64,000 bases of DNA. It comes from a virus. Shown here in pieces: positions 18,101 to 28,109 of the stretch. The stretch's first letter is position 1; each line of letters starts with the position of its first letter. The stretch spans positions 64,001-128,000 of IMG/VR virus record IMGVR_UViG_3300030419_007131, one strand, 5' to 3'. Under the pieces are notes generated by a model that ran no database searches, was not told the DNA's origin, and saw only the letters and a program-made list of their open reading frames with translations. The translations under genes were made by a program, and so were the position numbers.

Positions 18101-21100
18101 AAAGTCGCCTCCTTGATCTTCAAGAAGATACTTCATATGAGAGCTTATGCGGAATTCGGGCAAAATAGAATAATCTTTACCAACCGCGCGAATTCTGTCA
18201 GAGATCAATGTATAGTTTTTGTAAGGATCTTTTCCGGCTTGAGAAGGAGCCATCCATACGGTATCGCCCCCAAACGCTACTTCGCTCGCTGAAACGATTC
18301 GATTCGCAGCGCCTTCTGCAGCGCTGCCATCGCCCTGTGTATTTCCGGCAGGCACCCTAAGCGCATACGTTGGCGCGGCATGAGGAGAAGGATGCTCCCG
18401 TTCGTTCCAGGATGTGCCATACACACGGGGGAGGCCGTTCTTTTGCGTCCAGGTTCCATAAAGGTTCATAAGGAGTCCCGAACCGTCTGAGGACGTGGCA
18501 GATTGGGTGACACTATAGTTGAGGTGCGCGTCTAGAGGCCAAGTGCTCTGAGAGGCAATCATGTTGGCGGGCTGGCCCAGGGTTCCGGTGATTGCTGTCG
18601 AGGCGCCTCCATAACGAAGACTGCGGAACTGACGATTAGAGTTCCAGATATTGTCAACATTATAGGCAGTGCGGCCGCGAACAGTCGCCCTAAAGGCATT
18701 CTCGGCCGCTGGATAAATTCTCTGACTATAGTCCATCATCAGACTAAGATCGCTGTTTAGAGCGAACTCGACAATCGAATCGTAGACCTTCGGCTGAGTC
18801 AGGTCGATCTTTAGACCAAGCCTGTTATCCAGGGCTGTGTGTGAAAAATAATCAAATTGATTTGAAAAGGATGGTGCCTTCATCATAATGTTATTTATGG
18901 GGTCGGCGTCTTCGGTATTGTCTTCGAAATAAAAGTAGAAGGGCGAAGCTTCTTGTGCTATCGGCGCTTCAATGAAATCCCTAAACTCATTGGGGCGAGA
19001 GGGATGAGTATACCCTGTCACCTTTTCACCGACCCGATTGGGTATAGCGCGAGGATAAACAGTGGTGCCTATAAGGTTGTTCTTGCGCAGGAGTCGGGCA
19101 ACTTTTGTTTCACCTCCGCGAATTTGTTTCCAGGTTGGCCAGCCGTAAGGGCCATTGCGGTTATTAAGAGTGATGTTTAAAGTGCTGCCGGCTGTCCAAA
19201 CGCTTTCGCGCGAAAGGTTTACGTTGGTGGCTATCCCGGTAGATCCAGAGAGTGCAAAGGCGGAGCGGTTGTAAATGGTCGTAGTAGGAGTGCCATCGGT
19301 AGCGATACTCAAATGATCACCAAGCTGCTTAGTTGCCTCATAGTTAATGTTGTTATAATCGGGGAGAGTTTTCGAGGCAGGCTTGACATATGCTGCTGGC
19401 TTGCCGCCGGCGAAAGGATCAAAGCGCCACCATGCAACCATCGCACTGCCAGTGTTCCAATCTATACGACTAGGATCTAGGGGTGCTCCGACGCCATATA
19501 ACGAACACCAATTCCACGACAAACCATAACAGTCCGTACCAATCGCCACACTTCGAGAAAGAATCAGAATATCAGCGATATTTCCATCCCAGCCGCGGGT
19601 TCCATCGCCCGAGTTACCAATTGTACATCTGTCTGTGGAAGTGGGCAGTTCTATTACATCATCGTTAACAAGAGACCCGGACACAAATCCATTAAAGCCT
19701 CGATACCTCGCGCCGGTATAAGCGAGGGGGTCGCCGCCGTCCATCCATACATAAAAGTAATTGGGGCGCATCGCGGGGAATCCCGGAGTAGCGGTATTGG
19801 AGCCTCCGCCATATGTCATAACAAAATGATGCCATTCCCCTGTGCTACCAGAGCGTCCAAAATAGTTCGTGGGAGTTACAATCTGATGGCGCCCCGTTGC
19901 TGTTTGAAGCTCAAAAGTTAAGCCGGAGCCGTTCCAAAAAATACGCCTTGCACCGTCGAAATCAATTACTCGACCGTATCCACCTCCTCCAGCGGCGCGA
20001 GGCTTAACCCAGCCGGCAATAGTGAACATATTAGCATTGGCTCCGGCGCCCCCGACGATTGGTTTCCAGATACTAGCGGGGCCAATGTCTACTTTGGAAT
20101 CTACTCCGTTAAAATCGCCTGAGTAGGCGCCGGCGATGGGTCCTTCTTCTGACGGGCTTTTGTAGCTGCCAGATCCTATTATGTGAGCATTTACTGAAAT
20201 CGGGTCGATCAACGACGTACCCAATGATCCAACAAAGTTATTTGGTTGTTCCCAATGATAGAACATATGATCGGATCCAGTTATAACTTGGGCTAATGTA
20301 GAAGCACTAGCACAGGCGGGTGAATCATATCCATAAATGCGGCCGGCTGAAGAGGATACCACCTGGGCCACCGTGGCCAACGTCGATGGTGTTTTGACAA
20401 CCAAAGAATCCGCAATCCATTTATACTGCTGCTTGGATTGTGGAATAGCGTGTTGCACAAAAAGATTATCATAAATTTTAAACTCTGATACGGGAGGCCA
20501 CTGTGTCGGCGCCGTAGTCGCTGTTGTATAAGGAGGCTGTAATGCGCCGCCCCAGCTAGGAATAATCTCTACACTTCCAACACCAGTATAATTTGTTGAG
20601 GCAAAAGGAGTTGGGGCGCGGTTCAGGCCGGAAGCTTTTGTGTCGCCGGCCGCAGCATCAAATGTGTAAAGCGCGCCGAGGCCATTAATAAAGGTATCTT
20701 TCTTGAAGATAGCATCCCCATCGCCATGATAACCATCATACAGGTCCGATACTTCTCGGGCTGTGAGATCCCGATTCCAAACAGCCACGTTCGCTATTTG
20801 CATCGTCGCTGCCCCCAATGCCGCATAGCCCGAAACAAAGTTCGTAGGCGCGGTGCCACCCGAGGCGGTAAAGTTCAAGGGATACCGCACCTGTCGATTC
20901 CAGAGAGAGTGAAAACCCCAGTTAGAAACCTCATAGGGCAGGTAGTCCTGGAAGCGTACGCGCTCTGCATCCATTTGTAACTCACCATTCAAATACATAT
21001 AGCAATTCAGGACCGGGACGGCTTCGTCGAAAACAGAAGACCCAGACTGCGCAACGATTGTTAAGTGATGCCACTGGCCCCGTTTGAGTCTGCGGCTGCG

Positions 21101-24100
21101 AAGCGCTATTGAACCATTGAAGTAGCCGGAAGCACCGGCAATCTTACAATATAAACGATCTACATTGCCGTTGTTTCCAAGGGTGTCGGGATCTCCCAGC
21201 CACACGATCTCTAAACCAGAATAACGTCCGGAGTTATAGGGCCCATCGCCCACTCCGAAAATTCTCCGCAGGCCCGTCGTACCGTCGTCATCGCGATTAA
21301 TCCACATCGAAATGGTATAAGACTGTGCTTGATCGGCCGAGGACGTACTTAACGTTCCGATTGCATCTTGCCAAGCTGCAGTAGTTCCGAGGTTCACCCG
21401 TTGTGTCGTCATCGATCCCGCTGGGCCGGCCAAATAGCTTTTAAAGCCTGCTTCTCCAAGAGCCCATTTCGCATTCCTATTGGTTTTTGTCCACGAAGGT
21501 ACGGTAACGTAACTGCCGGAAGTCACTGAGCCATAGGCTGCATCAGAACCAAATGGACCACAGTGCAGACTGGCGCGTTGATTGAGGCCACGATTCTTGC
21601 CAATCTGATCGACAACACGGATAGAATTTTGTATAGAAGGATCAACAGAAGCACTTCCCTGGATTCCATAATCGATAACCTGGCGGTTACGATACGGGGA
21701 AGCATTGTATACGGAAAGTTCTTCGTGGGCCGGGTCTAGGTATCCACGAGATAGCGTTCTATAGTCGCCCGGTGCACTAAAGCGGTTAACGATAATAGAT
21801 TGGTTTGAATTAGCGCCTTGTCGATCAGGAAGCGCATAATCTAGTTGTATGCCGTCTGATGATTCGAGAGAGCCCCAGCCGGCTGCAGAGCCTGTAAGGG
21901 TCGGAGCAAAGGTGGCTGGCTGGCCCAATCGTCCATTATTATTTCCCTTCTGGTCATATATATATTCACCGGAAATCCCCGAATCACGCGCGTCATCGCC
22001 CATTCTCCACCACGAAATGCACGAAGGGGCATAAGACAACAAGAAAGCCAGATTAAATGGTTTGCCATTATTATATAAAGTCTCCACCTCAGCCGCGCTA
22101 AACTCCTTGTTCCATATGCTAACCTCGTCCATATAGCCGTTGAAGGCCTTGTTTGTACCACCATTGGCACCAAGGGCGCCTATATTTGTTTCTATCGCAA
22201 CCGGACTGTCGGTATTGGTGCTTCCGTCGTCATTAACGCCGTTAAGATAAATGTGGAGTGCGCCGGCAGCGCCGCCGGCATAAGTCACAACAACGTGATA
22301 CCATGTATCCGCAGCAATCGTTGTACTACTTTGTCTCCAAGCAGAAGGGGCGTTGGTCCATTGTAAAATATTAGAAGCGTCCGTACGTATATATAGGTAT
22401 CTATCCGAGGTGCCGAACTTCATCAAATAAGGCAGAGTATCTGTTATCGAGGTAAGATTAATCCACAGTGAAATAGTAAAGGGTTTTGCGTCTGCACCAG
22501 CGCCGCCAATGGCCGCATCCCAGGTGGCGGCCGTTCCAATATTGATATAATCTCGATATCCATCGCTGCCGCCATCAAAATACATTGACTTTGTATTAGA
22601 ATCCCCCTGATGATTGGCCAACGGAGAAAGCGTGCGAAGCGCCGCAGCCATCGGATTCAGCGCGAAACTAAAGGACTGATCGTTAAAGAACGGATCATTA
22701 ACCGTCCGGGCATTACTATTGATAACCTGATAATTCTTCTGATAGTTGCCGATCGGATTATGAAGAATGGTGCCGCTCAAGCGCGTTCCCACCGAAGCCG
22801 TTGTCATCAAGATGTTCTTGATATTAACTGGGCGCTTGGATGTCTCGTCCCGGAACCGATAAGCCATAGGCAGATCCGGCAGGTAACCATACTCAGCACT
22901 GCCCGAAGGAGTATCTGCAAAGGGGTAGTTTGCCGGGACAATGCCTAGGGCGCCCGAGTAGCCGCTTGCAGCCATGCTGCCGGCATCTGCACCCAAAGCG
23001 AGGCGGAAGCCCTCAGCGCGGTTCTCACGCGTATCTGAGCCCTGATTCAACTCCGTGTGGCGATACTTGCGACCACCAACAAATTTCTCCGTGAAGGGCC
23101 CTTGCGCAGGAACATCATGATCATTCACAAAATCATTATGTAGATTGGTTATCATTGTTCCCGACTTCCACTGCTCTACTTGAATATTGTAGCCAGTTCT
23201 AACTGAGGAACTGTAAAGACTAAAGGGTGCAAAGATGTTTCCGTTTGCTTTCTTATCCGGGTCTGCGCCCCCATCAGCACCGAAAGTATTAATGCTCGGA
23301 TCTAAGGAGAAGCCCAATCGTTGTTTGAATGTGGGATGATATACGTCAACAGTTTCAATCAAGTCCTCGACATCTGTATCAAAGGACAGCATGATATTGA
23401 TCGGAACGTTAGAAGCCGAAACTGTAGGTCCAAAGGGCTGAATTGCTGGGAACAAAGCATTTGGCCGGTTAATAGGAGGCCTGCCTACGCCGCCGAAAGT
23501 GACAGCTCCCTCTGCATCGAACCTAAAGGGGGCACCAATGCGCCGGTCATAAGATTGGCGGATTGCATTCAAAAGATCAGCGCGTACGGGATTGAGGCTA
23601 CTCGAAAGCGGAAGATCGTCTCTCTCGGCAACATAACGCCACCAGTAAACATTCTTATTCTCCTGATAATTAGCGACAGTAGTATAAGTTCCGCCGCCGA
23701 CCACTGCTGTATCTGCAGCGCTCATTGTTTCTATGGTAGCTCGGCTATTATTTAATATTTGCCAGCTTCCGGAAGCGTTATTCACTCCCTTTTGATCTTT
23801 GATTTCTGCGACTGCATCGTTGGCGGCCGAACCAAATCTCCACCAAGAAACTAAGTCCGAATAAGCCGAATGGGTTGTGAGATTCTGGGGGCCCGGATTA
23901 AAACCAGTTGCAGGAGCAAAACCAGTAGTCTTGTTATATATCTCTGCTACTTCGGAGGCACTCAGCTTCTTCCCCCACAAACTCATAGTAGCTATCTCGC
24001 CGGCCCGGAAAGTCTCATTTGCATTGCCCGCTGAAAATGCAGCATCAAGCATCGATCCTATGCGCGCACTGTTGTTAACTGTAGGCACCGTTCCTATAGG

Positions 24101-27100
24101 CTGATAGGTGACACTAATAGTTTGAGCCACCCCGTTAACATAAATGACCGGAACGTTTGCTGTGTCAGAGGCATCATATGCAACTGCAATATGGCGCCAA
24201 GAATCACCAGAAATTCCAGCGCCGGATGTAATCCATTCACCATTCCTGCCGGTAAAATTGATACTAAAATACACTTCGCCACTGGAACGCAAAGATACTC
24301 GTCGGAATCCATTTTCGCCAAACATAAACCATTCACGGTGGCCATCCGAAGGATTATATTTAACCCAGCCGGCAAAAGTAGATGCCGAAGAACTCAAGCT
24401 TGTCCACGATGAGTCGAGGGCGATATCATATCCTACAGCAACCGCGGGGGCCGGTGCATCAGGCTGTGTCAGCGCAACATACCTGGTATTATAGTAATCA
24501 TAAGTGGTGGTGTATATTGGGTGCGCCGGAGCATGCACATGCTTCCAGTTACTTATCTGAGTGGGGTTGGATGATCCAATCTGTCTCTTTGTCGGGGAAG
24601 TATTTGAGAACAAGAGGGTACCAGCAGGAAGGTCATCCGGTGATCCTCCCGCAGTGCTGTCAATCACGTTCACACCGTTAAACGACGCTGTGATATCCAG
24701 GGCGCCGACTCGCTCCAAAAACGGGAATATTCTTCGATACTTGGGGCGCTCTAAAAGATGGTTCTCAATAATCGTGCGCACATTTGCAGAAAAGTCGGCG
24801 GAGGCCGGAACCAATTGTCCCAACATAAAGGACAGCGAGGAATCAAACCACTTATAAAACTCATAAAAGCGATCAAAATCCATAGTATCGTTAGACACTT
24901 TTTCGAAAAACTTTCTCCTCATGAATTGCAGCTGCTTATAATGCGGGCGATGCTTTTCGACAGAATCACCGATTAAGTTATGTAAATCCTTAAGATTTGC
25001 AAAAGAATTGATCATCTCTTCGGAAATAACCTGATACATGCTCTTTTCAAAAGCAAAATAGAAGTCGGTTGGCCTAGTTTCCGAAGTAAAAAGTTCTTGA
25101 TCCTGGGTGCCGAGGACCTTAACCATGTCTTGAGAAACAATATTTTCTGGGAGATTAAGTTTCGATGAAACAACAAAGTCCTTGTCTATAGCCTTAACTG
25201 AAGATGCCAAGAAGTTATTTCCGAGACCAGTGTACTGTCGATTAAGAAGGGGGCCCAAAACACCAAACGTGGTTGCAGTAGCGGAACCAGATGCCAAATC
25301 GTCCACCACAAACTGCTGACTTGCGTTCGAACCTGTGTTAGTTAAGAACTCCCAGTTAAAAGCCAGAGTATCGATCTTCGCGACGTCGCCATTGGAACCG
25401 CTTGTATCAAATTGGAATGCATAAAGGTGCGGCTGCAGCGCTCCATGATTCTCGGTATCTAAGATATGGCTATTAAGGGTTTCATCATTCAAATAATCGA
25501 GCCAGAAACGGCATGCGTTTACCTTAACATCGCTAGTTTGAAGGACGTTTCCGGTGAAATCTTCACGGTGGGCGCCGATATAGACACGTCGCGAACCAGT
25601 TATGAAGCCAGCTGGGGGCGCACTAACCGTTCCCGAAACAGTGAATTCCTGCATAATATCGCCAGCTTCGGCCTGAACACCATGAAGCTCCACGACATAG
25701 TTACCGTCGAGACCGCCATAGGCAGCCCCAGCGCTGTTTGAAAGCCCCGCAATTGGATATTTCGCGGGTCGAACTCGGACCGCCAGATTCCATCGTGTGT
25801 TGTCGTATACTCCTTCATAAAGTGGAGAGGTAAGATAGGGAACAAAACCGCCGGCGGTGCCAGTGAGGACAAACCTCGCATTATTTGAAGTCCTTTCATC
25901 CCTAACTGCATATACTTGGAAGTTAACCCTATCAGGCGACGGCCATGTGGTTGCGGCTGTCTCTGTAGTCCCATGCACACCAAACAAAGAAGAAGACACA
26001 ACATTCGTGTCATAATATACAATGGACTCCGGATCCAGCTTTTTGGGCATGAGCACTTCTGTTTCAAGCGTATAGGAATACCCTCCTGTTAAAGAAGTAA
26101 CCGAGGGAAGATATCCAACGGAGTTGGCATTCGAGGAGTCGGCATAGTTATAAACATTCGCATATTGATTTTCGGCAGTATTGAAATTAACAAATCGATC
26201 CGTGACGATAACGTTTCTGCGACTATTTCGCATCTCATACTGAACGTTATCGGCATACATGTTGATCTTGACAAGCTCGTCGTCAATGCCAAAACATCGA
26301 ATAAGGTTTCTAAAAGCTTTTTCAGTACCCTTAGACTTATAGATATAACTTAAGTTGTTATATATGTTCTGATAGATGGTATTTTTAATGTCATGTAAGG
26401 ACTTGTCGAAAATCTTATTTTCGCTACGATCAGCAAGCTTTTCTAAAACGTCCGCATCAACAAATAAATCTGGTGCCACAAAGCCATACGTACCCAAGAA
26501 CCTTTCAGAAAAAGGAATGGGCTTGTTGCTGCCGCTGGGATAGCTGATGTCTTTAATCTTATTGAGGCTACCGATCTGCAAGTGCAAAGTGTCAAAGTAG
26601 CTAGACAAGATTTGTGTTAGTTTCTTGAGGTCACCGCTTCCCTCGTCGTCCTCTTCGGTTATCCAAGACGGCACCGAACTGTACATGGAGGCATTGTTGT
26701 TAACATCGTGTTCGGAGCCACTAAGTTCCAGTTCAGTATTGAGCGCAACCACCTTAGGGTGGAAAGCATAAATAATCGGATCTTCAAACTCTTTCGTAGC
26801 AGCCGAAGAAGAAATTATAGCAGAGCCAGTATTCCGGGAAGATGAGTTATATCCTGTCCACGCTCCGTTTGAAAATCGACCTGAGTAATCCAGCACCGTA
26901 CTATCGGTGGCTGACTGACCTGTAATCCCTTCGTTGAACTTAAAGTAAACGCCCAAATCAACATTGGCGGTCTCACTTGTATCTATAAAGGGTGTAGGAT
27001 CACTGTTAACACCGCCGCCCACTTGGGTAAACCAAAAGCGCCCAATATCTTGCGAAGTTCGTTGAGTCTTCCAATACCTAAATTCGTCCAAGGAGCCAGA

Positions 27101-28102
27101 TAATTTACCAGAGGCGGCGGCTGCAGTCGAACCAGATGGGCTGCCGATGAGAGCGCCGATATAAGCCTGTAAGCTAGTATTTTCAGCGTCGTTTAATCCT
27201 GCGGTACCGAGGGTCGTCTCGTTGCTGATGCGCCCATCAACATAAAAGCGCGTAGTTACGCCGGCAGCTGCAGAGAGCATGGTGACCGCATAATGGTGCC
27301 AGCTTCCATCGGCTATCGACGCCGTTGTAACAGAAGCCGGGCAGATGTTTTGACTAAAGAACCCGGTAGAACCAGAGTATGCGGTCAGGCGAAATGGCCC
27401 CACTCCATCAGTAGCTCCCGTTAACTCAAGGCGCAGGCGTGTGTAGTCGGCAGATGAAGACACCACACCATTCCACATATCAAAAATAACTTCTTTTTCT
27501 GTAGAGCCGGTAATGAACTCATCTTTTTTCAACCAAAATTCGATTGTTGAGCCACTGGAGGCTAAATCAAACTCAAGGTTAGAACCCCTATTCTTGGTTG
27601 GTTCATAGTAATTGGAGCCTGTAAAGGTTAGCGCAAGAGGAGACATGCCGTCAGGATTGACGTTTGGTCCGCCCTTGACATGAATGTATTCGTTATTGGC
27701 AGCTGCATTAGGAGCACCGTAGCCATCGGTCAAGGTCGAAGCGCCATAACCGTCTGCTGTTAATATGACATAACCTGTTGTACGCGGATAGCGCTTATCA
27801 AAAATATAGAGATCCAAGTAAGTGGACTCATTCATCCACTCCAGCTTTTCTCTAAGGGACCCATCATAGGGATAAGTATTATAAATGCGCTCTAAAGATT
27901 GCTTGTAGTAAGAAACCGCAGAACCATATCGAGCGAAATTTCCGGGCTTGGAAAAATCGACGTGAGGTATAAACCGTTCTTCCTCAATAATATCCTGTTC
28001 CTGATATCCAACAGATTCAACTTGATCTGCGATTTCGGCAGCAGTCTTATTAGAGAGAGACTGAATGTTTTCTGCAATCTCAAAATACTTCTTGATGCTC
28101 AT
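15125..28102 (-). CDS. giant baseplate-wedge/adhesin protein with about six LamG (ConA-like) domains
   Basis: 4325 aa. Repeated LamG signatures (TI..W...W.H...Y.NG...DE...W...LS..EV). IYKSKGTEKAFRNLIRCFG resembles the gpI/gp7-type wedge motif. Lies downstream of gp25 and gp6. Confidence 0.75.
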   Translation of the reverse strand: MSIKKYFEIAENIQSLSNKTAAEIADQVESVGYQEQDIIEEERFIPHVDFSKPGNFARYGSAVSYYKQSLERIYNTYPYDGSLREKLEWMNESTYLDLYIFDKRYPRTTGYVILTADGYGASTLTDGYGAPNAAANNEYIHVKGGPNVNPDGMSPLALTFTGSNYYEPTKNRGSNLEFDLASSGSTIEFWLKKDEFITGSTEKEVIFDMWNGVVSSSADYTRLRLELTGATDGVGPFRLTAYSGSTGFFSQNICPASVTTASIADGSWHHYAVTMLSAAAGVTTRFYVDGRISNETTLGTAGLNDAENTSLQAYIGALIGSPSGSTAAAASGKLSGSLDEFRYWKTQRTSQDIGRFWFTQVGGGVNSDPTPFIDTSETANVDLGVYFKFNEGITGQSATDSTVLDYSGRFSNGAWTGYNSSSRNTGSAIISSSAATKEFEDPIIYAFHPKVVALNTELELSGSEHDVNNNASMYSSVPSWITEEDDEGSGDLKKLTQILSSYFDTLHLQIGSLNKIKDISYPSGSNKPIPFSERFLGTYGFVAPDLFVDADVLEKLADRSENKIFDKSLHDIKNTIYQNIYNNLSYIYKSKGTEKAFRNLIRCFGIDDELVKINMYADNVQYEMRNSRRNVIVTDRFVNFNTAENQYANVYNYADSSNANSVGYLPSVTSLTGGYSYTLETEVLMPKKLDPESIVYYDTNVVSSSLFGVHGTTETAATTWPSPDRVNFQVYAVRDERTSNNARFVLTGTAGGFVPYLTSPLYEGVYDNTRWNLAVRVRPAKYPIAGLSNSAGAAYGGLDGNYVVELHGVQAEAGDIMQEFTVSGTVSAPPAGFITGSRRVYIGAHREDFTGNVLQTSDVKVNACRFWLDYLNDETLNSHILDTENHGALQPHLYAFQFDTSGSNGDVAKIDTLAFNWEFLTNTGSNASQQFVVDDLASGSATATTFGVLGPLLNRQYTGLGNNFLASSVKAIDKDFVVSSKLNLPENIVSQDMVKVLGTQDQELFTSETRPTDFYFAFEKSMYQVISEEMINSFANLKDLHNLIGDSVEKHRPHYKQLQFMRRKFFEKVSNDTMDFDRFYEFYKWFDSSLSFMLGQLVPASADFSANVRTIIENHLLERPKYRRIFPFLERVGALDITASFNGVNVIDSTAGGSPDDLPAGTLLFSNTSPTKRQIGSSNPTQISNWKHVHAPAHPIYTTTYDYYNTRYVALTQPDAPAPAVAVGYDIALDSSWTSLSSSASTFAGWVKYNPSDGHREWFMFGENGFRRVSLRSSGEVYFSINFTGRNGEWITSGAGISGDSWRHIAVAYDASDTANVPVIYVNGVAQTISVTYQPIGTVPTVNNSARIGSMLDAAFSAGNANETFRAGEIATMSLWGKKLSASEVAEIYNKTTGFAPATGFNPGPQNLTTHSAYSDLVSWWRFGSAANDAVAEIKDQKGVNNASGSWQILNNSRATIETMSAADTAVVGGGTYTTVANYQENKNVYWWRYVAERDDLPLSSSLNPVRADLLNAIRQSYDRRIGAPFRFDAEGAVTFGGVGRPPINRPNALFPAIQPFGPTVSASNVPINIMLSFDTDVEDLIETVDVYHPTFKQRLGFSLDPSINTFGADGGADPDKKANGNIFAPFSLYSSSVRTGYNIQVEQWKSGTMITNLHNDFVNDHDVPAQGPFTEKFVGGRKYRHTELNQGSDTRENRAEGFRLALGADAGSMAASGYSGALGIVPANYPFADTPSGSAEYGYLPDLPMAYRFRDETSKRPVNIKNILMTTASVGTRLSGTILHNPIGNYQKNYQVINSNARTVNDPFFNDQSFSFALNPMAAALRTLSPLANHQGDSNTKSMYFDGGSDGYRDYINIGTAATWDAAIGGAGADAKPFTISLWINLTSITDTLPYLMKFGTSDRYLYIRTDASNILQWTNAPSAWRQSSTTIAADTWYHVVVTYAGGAAGALHIYLNGVNDDGSTNTDSPVAIETNIGALGANGGTNKAFNGYMDEVSIWNKEFSAAEVETLYNNGKPFNLAFLLSYAPSCISWWRMGDDARDSGISGEYIYDQKGNNNGRLGQPATFAPTLTGSAAGWGSLESSDGIQLDYALPDRQGANSNQSIIVNRFSAPGDYRTLSRGYLDPAHEELSVYNASPYRNRQVIDYGIQGSASVDPSIQNSIRVVDQIGKNRGLNQRASLHCGPFGSDAAYGSVTSGSYVTVPSWTKTNRNAKWALGEAGFKSYLAGPAGSMTTQRVNLGTTAAWQDAIGTLSTSSADQAQSYTISMWINRDDDGTTGLRRIFGVGDGPYNSGRYSGLEIVWLGDPDTLGNNGNVDRLYCKIAGASGYFNGSIALRSRRLKRGQWHHLTIVAQSGSSVFDEAVPVLNCYMYLNGELQMDAERVRFQDYLPYEVSNWGFHSLWNRQVRYPLNFTASGGTAPTNFVSGYAALGAATMQIANVAVWNRDLTAREVSDLYDGYHGDGDAIFKKDTFINGLGALYTFDAAAGDTKASGLNRAPTPFASTNYTGVGSVEIIPSWGGALQPPYTTATTAPTQWPPVSEFKIYDNLFVQHAIPQSKQQYKWIADSLVVKTPSTLATVAQVVSSSAGRIYGYDSPACASASTLAQVITGSDHMFYHWEQPNNFVGSLGTSLIDPISVNAHIIGSGSYKSPSEEGPIAGAYSGDFNGVDSKVDIGPASIWKPIVGGAGANANMFTIAGWVKPRAAGGGGYGRVIDFDGARRIFWNGSGLTFELQTATGRHQIVTPTNYFGRSGSTGEWHHFVMTYGGGSNTATPGFPAMRPNYFYVWMDGGDPLAYTGARYRGFNGFVSGSLVNDDVIELPTSTDRCTIGNSGDGTRGWDGNIADILILSRSVAIGTDCYGLSWNWCSLYGVGAPLDPSRIDWNTGSAMVAWWRFDPFAGGKPAAYVKPASKTLPDYNNINYEATKQLGDHLSIATDGTPTTTIYNRSAFALSGSTGIATNVNLSRESVWTAGSTLNITLNNRNGPYGWPTWKQIRGGETKVARLLRKNNLIGTTVYPRAIPNRVGEKVTGYTHPSRPNEFRDFIEAPIAQEASPFYFYFEDNTEDADPINNIMMKAPSFSNQFDYFSHTALDNRLGLKIDLTQPKVYDSIVEFALNSDLSLMMDYSQRIYPAAENAFRATVRGRTAYNVDNIWNSNRQFRSLRYGGASTAITGTLGQPANMIASQSTWPLDAHLNYSVTQSATSSDGSGLLMNLYGTWTQKNGLPRVYGTSWNEREHPSPHAAPTYALRVPAGNTQGDGSAAEGAANRIVSASEVAFGGDTVWMAPSQAGKDPYKNYTLISDRIRAVGKDYSILPEFRISSHMKYLLEDQGGDFLSPVDNIFELSGAAVSSSLEEGFYRTYTNSDFLKYFKVVDDDLNEKRSGDLMIVRDKVSLKCDALLKFVPYRGFYPAERTVELARIFSQSYGPQLCYMTGTFTDPADITHTARVAPGLPLRPIMEPLMSPGILFNTIKSGLATSDFILMGTQIGNAIPDLVPEFACAGDQRAVDKDGNYYGTHRGNPGNWFEAYGQDANVLWQSSGSGPQTEDLSSFGMSLGAAMMTQLPFEALYNPTQYFSNEWLKTRITKWGARDASVDVTALSNYPNGRLNVLLDRHPSSSYSWGPASLRKERTPPGVSSTGAFAFGLLFTGSVASSSAPERNIFSAPACALHGPLYEHAIDNFLCETTNMFVSELTNFQSAREENFRKVVDGTTYTMVMRLYRSDVNPLCARSSSAEVKFDMYSRRSAFGPPVGASVRAASVNSLPHKQGGPWSLSFSHVTPPYYDGSATVKFVYSASSSGYPTLNDIISNTTTEFFREEYTPNLNAANASIGAGDPNADIRMQIDNSFNLLERLQQVPDQTVTQKDRWLIQSKFETPILNFAGVSTGSVPAESYVQTDATASATQMITRGMWHQYGNRCTGGDGVWVTLEDGSGESLADVVGFKVGTPQRVGKPKKEYKLEEAIVAIPFKSIKNRREFIKFPEQEVRTVSKDGKLLESFTQPDPRSQTYKNLVAAMDKYVFPPRFNFVDFDTVDAILMYVFEFSTKLTEKDITDIWQNLPPDLDDRFEHAETEVEEKELVDLILDKGDDIQWLVFKVKRKAKKDFEVYRRSLVTDNVSALTPRITTPYSYNWPYDYFSLVELAKIEEEVQYVSADMKIGLDLSEGEQLTIRRPDPVGRVAPNQPPGTADADCGTDDKGTGKSRTGGKSGGKYQDKGPSKSGGKSGSRYQNKRSSKSGSKTGAKTQNREQKQKQDKVDRTTESWKSRKNQKQDKSQSKKSNKKQSRGQLQKSNKKSQQSKRRSGTYTQNKSRNKSGGSYSSNKKSRK

Positions 28103-28109
28103 ATTCTAA

